Assembly (NCBI GenBank): GCA_964019335.1
Contig: OZ025663.1
Location: forward strand, 682,001 to 746,000
DNA length: 64,000 nt
Source of the DNA: Diplonema japonicum
Lineage: Eukaryota; Protista; Euglenozoa: Diplonemea
Direction of reading: 5' to 3'
In this document: positions 24,424 to 35,157 of the stretch, piece by piece
How positions within the stretch are numbered: position 1 is the stretch's first letter
Layout: each line of letters opens with the position of its first letter
The notes under the pieces: generated by a model
What the model was told of the DNA's origin: nothing
The model's database searches: none
What the model saw: only the letters and a program-made list of their open reading frames with translations
Translations under genes and position numbers: made by a program

Positions 24424-24548
24424 CAACCCAGCTCAATGAGCAGCGCCGTCTTGAACGCCTTGAAGCTGAGAAGTGCTCTGCTGCCGATATTGAAAGTAAC
24501 CACAGAAGCACATCGCCTTCCAAGCTTCTGGAGAGAAGGCCGGGGTGA
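23255..24548 (+). CDS. Nucleotide-sugar transporter (GDP-mannose transporter/LPG2/GONST-like), 4 A-rich introns (23622-23687, 23754-23807, 23968-24013, 24366-24431)
   Basis: S.GMMVGNK, multiple TM helices, SLFNNLL, SATTFLVINNMTK. The poly-Lys stretches in the ORF track vanish on splicing. Confidence 0.85.
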
Positions 24549-24661
24549 TGAAATAACTGTTTTGAAAAACAGTTTCTTGTTCCCCCCCCCCCCCCTAAAG
24601 ATTTCTTTTTTAAAACCTTCTCGTTCCCCTTTCTTCCCCGCCTTCAGTGTGTTTAAGGTGT

Positions 24662-24694
<33 letters not shown>

Positions 24695-25650
24695 CCATTC
24701 TTTCGAGATCGCCACTGTAGGGGAATTTTTTTTTTTTGACCTCTCCTTTTCCCAAAAGAAATTCTTTTTTCTCTGTTACATAATAGAAGAAAAAAAAAAA
24801 AAAAAAAGAAGAAGAAAGAAAAAAGAAAATGAAAAGAACAAAAGAAGAAAACTTTAAAAAAAAGGGTTTGTTGCTGGGGTTTGGATGCGTCTTTTTTTTT
24901 GTTTCCCAGTAAAGATAAAAAGGCCTAATTTATTTCCCCCCCCCCCCCCCCCTCCCACTCGTGATATTTTTTTTAATTTGAACTATTTACCCCTAGAGGC
25001 TCTAGATGCAAACAAAGGCGAAGAGGGAAGAAGAAGAAGGGAAAGCACTTATTAAAGCTGTGGTACAGTCCTCTTTTTCTTTCTTACTTCGTAGATGCTG
25101 TAAAACGAAAGGTTTTCGTGCAGAGGCACAACCAAGGGAAGAAGCTCCATGTTACCTAGTTCGGCTGCAAACTTCTTATCCCAGTTTACTTTGTTTACTC
25201 CCCCCCTCCTCTTTTTCTCTTGTTCCCGTTCCTTCTCCATTAAGAAAAAGAGGACGAAAAAAAAAGAAAATCTCAGAAATGAATGAACTTTTTTTTCCCC
25301 CGCCGCACCTCATATCTCGATAACGTGTTCACAGTTAAGCCTTCTCAAGAAAAAATATTTTCTTTACAAGTGACGGCAAACTCCGGGCTCAAGGAGCCAT
25401 TGTTTTCAGCTATAGCATGTTTTGTACTTAACACAGGTGCTACTTACCACTTATGAGATATGAGGGCAGGTTTTTTTTTTTGTTTAGCCTTTAGTAAAGA
25501 AAGAAGCTTTGTCAAGAACGCTACCCCCCCCCCCCCCCCCCTTCATCCTTTAACAGTTATTTTTTAAACCATTCCTCCCTTTATTTGGCCATCAAATTAC
25601 GGTCTTTAATCCTCCCCCTCTGTTGCCTCTCTTGTAACTCTTGCAGGTGT

Positions 25651-27345
25651 ATGTCGAAGCATGCTGTGCTCAGGGCTTCGGTGTCGGCTGTAGCACGACA
25701 TGCACGCGGTGAGGTGTCACGGAGCACGGCCCGGGAGGTGCTTGACAAAGCGTGGCAGAGGGAGCTCGAGGACTGCATCCGAGTGAGGGGCTTCGAAGCT
25801 AAGGAGGTCAGCACGTGTCTTGAGAGCATGAACAAGCTCCGTCTGAGTACAGAGGGCCATGAGGCCACTGACCAGCTCCTCCAGCACGCTGACTACCTTT
25901 CCCACATCTTGGACGACAAGCAGCTGCTTACTGCACTGGAAGCGAAGACCCGGTCTGCCACGCACCCCCGCCTCCTCTCCGCTGCGCCCCGTCTTCTCAA
26001 GACTAGCAGCCCTGCTACCTCCCTCTGTGCCATGACGCACCTCAGCCGTATTTCTGTTGCCATCGACCCCAGCTTCACTACCTCCCTGTGGCACTCTTTC
26101 AGTGCCGGCACCACTCCTGACCCCCAGCAGGTCTTGCACTTCTTGCAACTTGAATCCCTTCCTCATGACATCCACACCACCCTTGACAAGTGGTCCTCCG
26201 ACCAAAGATACCGCCAGTACATAGGCATCCCTGACAGCGAGCTCGTGGCGGTCCTTCGCCATGCTGAAAGTCGTTTCCGAAGTTCTGTCCTGAAAGCATG
26301 TGAGGCCCGTGCGCCCAACATGGAGCCTTGTGCTCTCTTCCAACTAGTAGGTGTTTTGGGCAGAGACACGTGTGGCCTCGCACGGGACATCCTCACTGGG
26401 ATTGAAGCACAGGTCACAAGATCACTCCGCCACGCAGCAGAGAACGACCTTGCGGCTGTGCTGCACACGTACTCCGCTCACCGCTTGAATAAAGGCACGC
26501 TGCTTAGGTGGTGCACACGACGTGTCTTCAGCCTGCTTAAGAACAGAGAGGGGGTGGTAGACCCTGTGCACCTGGCGTCTTTCATGATGTCTTTTCGCAG
26601 ATTCTCCGTGGATCACAAGACCAATCCAAACCTCAGTTCGCTCTTGCTTCGGAAGTCTTGTCTGGTTCTTGAAGAGCGGTCAACACCCGTGAGCGCTAAG
26701 GCACGCCTTCTTGTTGAGAGCGTCACCCACCATGGTGGGGTGGCGATGCTGGACTGCTTCTCCACCGATGACATGCGGAGGATGACGCTCGATGACAAGG
26801 CACGTGTGTTGAGTGCCTTTGCACGCCATCATAGAAGGGACAGAAAGGTGTTTGAATTGGTGAGACAACACCTAGGAAAAAGTCTCAAGGAGGGCAAGGT
26901 CCCTTTGGATGTTTCAGTACGTGTTGCCTGTGAGCTGCGTGTTTTGGGCTTTTCTTATTCTGCTTTGAGCAGTTCCCTCGCGTGGTCTGTGACCACCAAC
27001 ACGGACGCCTTCACGCCCGTGCTGACACTGCGCACACTTAAGCTGTATCTGCGCGACGGGGATAAGCAGGGACACCTTATATCGGCTCTTATTTCACATG
27101 CTTTAGCTACAAAGCATAGGTTTACAACGCTTCAAGGTTGCTCACTTGTTTCGGCCCTCTCTTCGTCCGGCACAAAATATACAGCTGTCGTGCGGTCACT
27201 TGCAACGCACATCTGCAGCTCACCCCTCACAGGGGTCCCCATTCAGACTGTCAAGGAACTGGAGGCCAACGTCGCTCGTGCAGGTGCTGCCGACACCTTT
27301 ATCACGTCCTTCCTAGATCACACTATGCAAATGGCGCAGTCATGA
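25651..27345 (+). CDS. Helical-repeat protein, probably mitochondrial (OPR/HPR/RAP-associated-like)
   Basis: Arg/Ala/Ser-rich N-terminus and degenerate ~38-aa helical repeats (DLAAVLHTYS, HLASFMMSF, ARVLSAFAR). Confidence 0.5.
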   Translation: MSKHAVLRASVSAVARHARGEVSRSTAREVLDKAWQRELEDCIRVRGFEAKEVSTCLESMNKLRLSTEGHEATDQLLQHADYLSHILDDKQLLTALEAKTRSATHPRLLSAAPRLLKTSSPATSLCAMTHLSRISVAIDPSFTTSLWHSFSAGTTPDPQQVLHFLQLESLPHDIHTTLDKWSSDQRYRQYIGIPDSELVAVLRHAESRFRSSVLKACEARAPNMEPCALFQLVGVLGRDTCGLARDILTGIEAQVTRSLRHAAENDLAAVLHTYSAHRLNKGTLLRWCTRRVFSLLKNREGVVDPVHLASFMMSFRRFSVDHKTNPNLSSLLLRKSCLVLEERSTPVSAKARLLVESVTHHGGVAMLDCFSTDDMRRMTLDDKARVLSAFARHHRRDRKVFELVRQHLGKSLKEGKVPLDVSVRVACELRVLGFSYSALSSSLAWSVTTNTDAFTPVLTLRTLKLYLRDGDKQGHLISALISHALATKHRFTTLQGCSLVSALSSSGTKYTAVVRSLATHICSSPLTGVPIQTVKELEANVARAGAADTFITSFLDHTMQMAQS

Positions 27346-27445
27346 GTAATGAGCAGACTATAAGGTCAGTCAGTGCCTCGGCTATACGATACTTAGACTT
27401 CATACAGTGTTTTTCGTCTTGCGCTACATTCCTTTACACAGCACT

Positions 27446-27961
27446 ATGTCATTGACACGATCCGTACAGACCATCCTGCGGCATGAGGGGAAGGTTTTGC
27501 TGGGGAGGTGGAAGACAGGTGACTTCGCAGGGCGGTACACGGCTCCTATTAAGATGGATGTCGACCGCACCGCCGGTGTGGGCGAGATGGAAATGATAGC
27601 GAAGCAGACGGTGAAGGATCTGACAGGCGTGAACACTGACAATGTCGAGAGGAGGTGCGTGATGTCGTTCGCTGAGGTGCACCCGTACAGCCTTTCAGTG
27701 GAACACGTCTTCATGGGCACACTGGAAGGGTCTCCTGATGTGAAAGAATGCGACCTCTATGCCCCAGAGTGGTTCAGTATCCCTGACATCCCCTTTGCGA
27801 GCATGCCTGAGGACGACATCATCTGGTACCACCAGTTCCTCAGCGACAGGCTCTTCCATGGGCAGTTTGTATTTGACGGAACAACCATGCAGAGCTGCAA
27901 GACGTGGAAGGTGGACAAGCTTGTGCACCCTTCCCTCGATCAAACCATCCCTTTTATGTAG
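27446..27961 (+). CDS. MTH1/NUDT1-like Nudix protein with degenerate Nudix box
   Basis: KVLLG.WK.G..AGRY, F.E, HVF and PEWF...DIPFASMPEDDIIWY match the MTH1 layout, but REUxEE is absent. Confidence 0.7.
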   Translation: MSLTRSVQTILRHEGKVLLGRWKTGDFAGRYTAPIKMDVDRTAGVGEMEMIAKQTVKDLTGVNTDNVERRCVMSFAEVHPYSLSVEHVFMGTLEGSPDVKECDLYAPEWFSIPDIPFASMPEDDIIWYHQFLSDRLFHGQFVFDGTTMQSCKTWKVDKLVHPSLDQTIPFM

Positions 27962-28028
27962 AACATTTTAAGCTTTAAACTTTTTTTTCCAGTCTGAAGC
28001 AAAGCATCCCGCTCATACAGGGGCAGGG

Positions 28029-30653
28029 ATGTTCGCCTCACCTAAAAATGTGTCCCCTAAGACAAACACGCCCCCTCCACAGGCCCTGCGGACACTTTCG
28101 CGAGCCGAAGATAAAAGTGAGGTACGTTATGCACTTCTGAGCAGGCAGCTGCAAGAGGTTAGCAATGAGAAGGCGTCAAGCAGCAGTGCAGGAAAGAAGG
28201 CTTTGACACTGCTAGAAGAGTTGGTGTGCATGGAGAAGTACGCTACTCCAGAGCTGACTAGCGTCTTGGAGTCTCTCATGAAGTTCGAGAAGGTGGCGAT
28301 GCACGAGCTGCTGTGTGTGGTCATGTGGCGTGCTGTGACACAAGGTGTCATTGACCCCCGCAGGTTTGATGCTCTGGCAAAATCATCATGCGCCTTAGTC
28401 GACTCAGATGCGCCTGAGGTGCGACGGACCGGATTCACCGCCATACTGATGCTGAACTTGCTTCAGCAGAAGCATGTGAATTTGGCTCTCAAGATGCCTG
28501 AGAGCCACATTAAGAACATCATTACAACCCTGAAGAAGGCGCTAGAGTTTAAAGTTAGCGAAAAGAGAGGATTTGCGAGCAAGTCGTCGTGGCATGAGGG
28601 GAAGAAGATCCGACTCCAGGCCCACCTGTCGGCTCTAGGAGTGTTCAACAAGATGTTCACAACACATGTGTTCCCGATCCTCAGTACGGGGCAGGTGTCC
28701 TCTGTTTCGAAGGTGTCACAGATGCTGATCGAAACTGCGATAGAATACAGCTATAAGACCAAGGATGTACCAATTGTTCGAGAGTGTCTGAATTGCCTGT
28801 GTCAGATGGCCGAGGTGCTTCCGGAGTCTGTGCAGGGTGTGGTGGAGTACCTCCCGTACGACATGAAGCAGGTGACCTGCCAGGGGCCAGTGAAAAAAGA
28901 AAAAAAAGGTAAAGAGAAACCCCTGCTGCCGTGTTGGGACGCCATCACCGTGTCGTCAGTTGCAAAGCTCTGTCTGGCTGTGCTGTCAAAGCAGGCTCGT
29001 GACATCGCCATTAAGTCCCCTTTCATGCTTTGCTTGTACCAGCTCTTCCATTACCCCAAGCCACTGGTGTTCACAGACGTCATCCTTGGCATCGTAAAGC
29101 GGAGCGGCATGTTCTACATCCTTATGCAGCCCGACCAAGTGTACGGCTCGAAGGAGCTGCTCTTTGATTACACGCTGAATAGAATGCAAAACATGATCAC
29201 AGCTAATGATCAGATTCAGCACAGCGTTGGGCTTAAGCTCATTACTGCTGTTTGTGAACAGTTCCTTGTGCAACTGTACACGCGTCAGGCTGAGCTGGGC
29301 GACAGGATCGATACCTTGAGCGGTCTTAGCACCTCTGTGAGCACGTCCATGGAGAGGTTTTCGTTTGACCCTCATGTCTCCTTCCTCAGCTTAAAAGCAC
29401 AAATATGGCTTACCGCCGTAGCCATGCAGCAGGCTGGAGGCGACAGTGTCGGGAAGCCTGTCAAAGTGAGGAAGCTTCTCCATGACCTGATCCTCACCAT
29501 GAACGGGTCGCCATTGAACGCTGACCACACGTCAGACCTGCTTAAGTATGCCACATGCCCCCACGACACTCAACAGGTCCCTTGTGAGGGCAATGAAGCT
29601 ACTCTTGCACCCAGAGCGCTCTCTTCTCATCCCTGCATTCACTGGTTTCGTTCAGTACTTAACCCAGCGGTGCATACATAAGGTCAGCATCCACGGCTTT
29701 TACAGCATCCTCCAAGAGTTCCTGATGAATGTTGATGTCACGCAGCCAAAAAGCACTACTCCTGTGCAAGCGCCCCTGGACGTAGATTCCGTGCCCTACC
29801 AGAGGAGCAACGGTGGGTCGGAGACGCTCAGGTTGGTTCTCGACATTCTGGACGGCGTGATGGGTCAGGATGTCGTTGCTGCTGGGGAGGTATGTTTGTC
29901 GCTGTTGTCTATGTTTTCACAGCTGGCGACGCTCTGCACAGAGGGAGTTGACAGACATGCGAAATACAGCAGGCTTGTGATCGAGGTAGCACGGTTCACA
30001 GGAGACTATGGGAACGTGCTGGTCAATGGGAGCGACAAGGGCGACTGCTACAGCAGAATGTTGTTGCTTTTGACGAGGTTGGAGGCACTGTTGTACATTC
30101 AACCGCACCACATTGTATGGGAAGCTGGATTAGCCGTTTTGAAGATAGCTTCACGGTCTCTCCCCTGCATCAGAGTCAGGGCTTACGGGATACTGACATC
30201 AGCGGTGCGACTCAGGAAAGAGCTCTCGACACTGTTGGCCCCCTTGATCGACATCATAGACCAGCTGATGGGGCTCATTGAGGTACTGAACCATGCGCAA
30301 CAACCCGACTGCATGCCAGGTATGCGTGCACCACTCAACATAGCCACCCAGACGACGCCAACGAGAGGGCACTGGCGTTCTACCGCCAGCACGAAGCGCT
30401 CAAAGGTAATCTCGCCGTTTACGTGAGATTTTCAGAGCTCAAACGATTCAAGCTACTGGGTCCCAGTACCGAGGTATGGTGAGAAAACGTGGAGTAAACC
30501 CATCGCAGAAGGTTTTGTCGACCGCTTTCGAGTGCCAGAAGCAGAGACTGGAAACACAGACACTACCACGGGACCCGTACATTACATCTTATTTCAAGAA
30601 TGGCCATACACTGCATCAGTCAACACAGGCACCAGAAAATAAGAAAATGGTAA
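28029..30653 (+). CDS. Alpha-solenoid adaptin-like protein, possibly TSET subunit TSAUCER/TASH3; introns 29546-29576, 29890-29922, 30320-30351, 30474-30508, possibly 30577-30628; 3' end uncertain
   Basis: HEAT/ARM-like helices. C-terminal AVLKIASRSLPCIRVRAYGIL...PLIDIIDQL...FYRQHEAL...LLGPST resembles, from memory, the conserved TASH3 trunk end. Confidence 0.55.
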
Positions 30654-30997
30654 AGTTTGTCAACTCTGGCGTGGCTTCATACGCTGGAATAGCTGCCTTG
30701 ATGTACTTCTTGCACAAGGCTGCTTATAAGACCTCTGAGGTGCCCGAGTTCCTCGGGTGGGTCAAGACATCGGCAAAGGCATACCCCTCGCTGTGGCCAA
30801 GGGTGTTCTGGGGCATTATCGTAGCGCACTTCCTTGAGGCCTTCTATGTAGCAGCTGAGGCGAAGAAGGCTGGCACAGCCACTAACGGTATGCACCCACC
30901 ACTCGGTCATCACCATTCAGACTTGCTTAAATGGGCCCTGCAGACGCTCATCGTCGGCTACCCCTCCACCTCCCTCTTCCGCAAGTTTATCCTGTAG
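30647..30997 (+). CDS. TMEM254 (DUF4499)-like small membrane protein, intron 30888-30920
   Basis: Three hydrophobic segments with AHFLEAFY and W.LQTL.VGYPS motifs. Confidence 0.7.
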   Translation: MVKFVNSGVASYAGIAALMYFLHKAAYKTSEVPEFLGWVKTSAKAYPSLWPRVFWGIIVAHFLEAFYVAAEAKKAGTATNGMHPPLGHHHSDLLKWALQTLIVGYPSTSLFRKFIL

Positions 30998-31214
30998 ACC
31001 AGAGGATAGACCAGATCCTTTTTTTGTACCTTTTGTTTAGCGCCCTTCCCTGCCTCGGTCTGAACAACAACGTTTTTGTTCCTGCGGTGTATTATTCACA
31101 AGTGCGACGGATGACCCTTCCAGCCGCCTTTGTTGATGACAGTGGACATATTGAGTGTAGCGCTCATGCTTTTTCTTTATTGTAGCATTTGCAGGTTTCA
31201 GTGAACATCGTAAA

Positions 31215-32746
<1,532 letters not shown>

Positions 32747-33263
32747 GACCTCTAAACCGACCATCTCGACTTATTATTCTCATTTTCTTTTTATAGTGTT
32801 TTCTCTTTTTTTTTTTTTTTTTATAGTTTCATAAGTTAAATGGTAATTGAAAGAAAAGAATGAAAAGAAAGAAGGGGGAGGCGGAGAGGGTTCCCTCGGA
32901 AGAGGCGTTTCGCGATTTGTGCTTCACACCTGACTCTCTCTCCCTCAGCCGTCTTCTCTTAAGAAGGCGTTGTTGAGACGACCCCCTCTTTTTTTTCTAA
33001 AAGAAAAAAGCCCCCCTCCTAGTATGGAAGGGGACAAGACTTGGATTAATAAGATTTTGCTTTCTCCCTTTAAAAAAAAAAGAAATAATAACATCAGAAT
33101 GACCCAGTTAAAAAAAAAAAAGACATCCCCCTCTTCACATTTGCACCTCTCCCCCTAACAGTACCTATATTCTCTCTTAATCTTTAAAAAAAAAAGGAAA
33201 TCTTTTTTTTTTCCCCCACGTTCGGTAAAGCACACTATTGTGTCCATTCAGGTGTTTAAAAGC

Positions 33264-33800
33264 ATGAACATATGGAGGCAAGGCGTAGGGCGTCGGTTTT
33301 ATAATATCATACACAAGCACGAGGGTGTGCAGCAGGTAAAGCCTGTGAGGATCAACTTAACGGTGGTCAACAGGGATGACGTGGAGAAGGTGGTGGTATC
33401 CGCCGCAGTGCAAGACAAGATCAGAGAGTTGGAACAGATAAGAAGCGATAAGAAGAAGATAGAAGCAGAAAAGGCACAGTGGCACGGCACCTGGGCCATA
33501 TCCATGCTCTTCGTGATGACCATCTGGTGGTGGCAAATCGTGGCCCTGAAGGGCGTAGTGGGCAACATTGATACAGCCTTAAGCGACTGCTGCAAGCAGA
33601 TCAACGACACCGAAACCGTCATCAGAAAAGCAAAGCGTGTTTGGCTCGATAAGCTTGCCCCTATCAACGAGACCTTACGTGACCTCGAACGGGACAGGGC
33701 TATGCGTGCTCGTAAGCTTGACCAGCTCACAGAAACCCTGCGGAACTCCCTCGTGGCTGTAGGCGAGTGGTCATGGAAGGAGAACAAGAAGATGCAATAA
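33264..33800 (+). CDS. Hypothetical single-pass membrane coiled-coil protein (possible mitochondrial presequence)
   Basis: MNIWRQGVGRRFY N-terminus and one TM (WAISMLFVMTIWWWQIV) flanked by coiled coils. Confidence 0.6.
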   Translation: MNIWRQGVGRRFYNIIHKHEGVQQVKPVRINLTVVNRDDVEKVVVSAAVQDKIRELEQIRSDKKKIEAEKAQWHGTWAISMLFVMTIWWWQIVALKGVVGNIDTALSDCCKQINDTETVIRKAKRVWLDKLAPINETLRDLERDRAMRARKLDQLTETLRNSLVAVGEWSWKENKKMQ

Positions 33801-34670
33801 TTTTTTTTTCTTTCTTTTCTTTTTGACATACTAGCCTTCCCTACCCCCCCTTTTTTTTCTGCAAAATGAAAAAGAAAGAAAGCTCTCATGTACGGCAAAA
33901 AAGGCTGTATCCCCCTGTAAGTTGGGGGGACACATTTTGGGTAAAAACAAAGAGAAAAAAAAGGGGGGGAAAAAGAAAAAGAAAGAAAGAAACGCAGCAC
34001 ACACATACATTTTTTTTTCCCCTTGGGGTTCTGCACCTTTGACGGGAATGAAACTCAACGAAAAGAAAACGGTGGGGCCATTGAGGCCACAGCACCGCAC
34101 TGACAGCCCAAGAAAGGGTGTCCTCAGGGTGCGCTTGCCCTTAAACATCGCCTCTTTTTATTTATTTGTCTCGGTTTTCTATTTTGTTTTGTTTTTTGAG
34201 GTTTTTTTAAACCCTTTTGAACACGGGCAACCATACTTACGTACCAGACGAGGCACAGCCAGCAGGAAGGTCCGTGATAGTGTTGAGCAGACATTCGCTG
34301 GGTTGGGAAACTACAAGATTATGCCTTGGTCGATAACAAGCAACGGTCACCGGGTCACTGGTCACTGGGTTTGTTGAATAGGCGTGTTCTGAAATAATCT
34401 TTTTGAAAAGAAGAAAGAAAAGAGAGAAAGAAAATAGAAACATAAAAGATAAGTTTTCGTTTCACTCATGTACAGCTTACACGTGCTGCTGCGGTAGCAG
34501 TGTGAGCCAGACCTCTCTATTGTAAAAAACGAGTTCGCCTTGTTCACTTTCCTCTGCGAGACATATCTGCAGCGGGAGGGGTGTGCCAACCCCCTCTGCG
34601 GATTCTCTCTCTCCCCCCACCCCCTTCCTTTAAACATGAAAAATCCTTTTTTCCTCCATTGAAAATGAAT

Positions 34671-34752
34671 AGGGGCTTGAGTGCGATGACCAATGTTCAT
34701 TCCATAACCTGAGGGGTGTTCAGCTATACAGACGCGCTCTGATTGGCTCCCT
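34671..34752 (+). ncRNA. Candidate box C/D snoRNA
   Basis: C-like GCGATGA 34683-34689, D' CTGA 34709-34712, D CTGA 34739-34742, imperfect terminal stem AGGGGC/GCTCCCT. Confidence 0.45.
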
Positions 34753-35157
34753 TGGTCGGTCCCCATTATTTCTTTTTTGAAAGACTGAGACACGGGATGC
34801 ACCGGTCACTGTCTCAAAGGATAAGCATCTTAAGGCCATGATGCCTTTTGTGTCCCTTCCCTTCAAACGACCCTTCGCACGTGGCCTTTGCTAGCTATTT
34901 GTATTGTATGGATCTCTGCTGTTTCCCTAGCAGCCGCCCCTTGTAACACCACCGCTCGCCCTGCTGGGCACTCACCACCATGGTATGCGCAGCATCCAAC
35001 AATGCCGCTTCTCGGCAGCTATACGGTCCATCCCACCCCGTGAAGCATCATCCCTCTCTCCCTCCATCAAAAGGTTCTGGTCCGTATTTTTTATTTCTTT
35101 CTTTTTTTATTCCTTCTTCTCTTAGCTTTACCCTCACGCCAGGTACACGACGTGCAC

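Noticed and set aside
30406-30435. GTAAT...TTCAG as a 30-nt intron
   Set aside because: It reads through in frame, and retaining it fits the recalled spacing of the TASH3-like motif better. Left as coding, but uncertain.
34233-34242. ATACTTACGT, similar to a U1 5' end
   Set aside because: No recognisable U1-70K loop (GATCA), ATTGCAC loop or Sm site follows.
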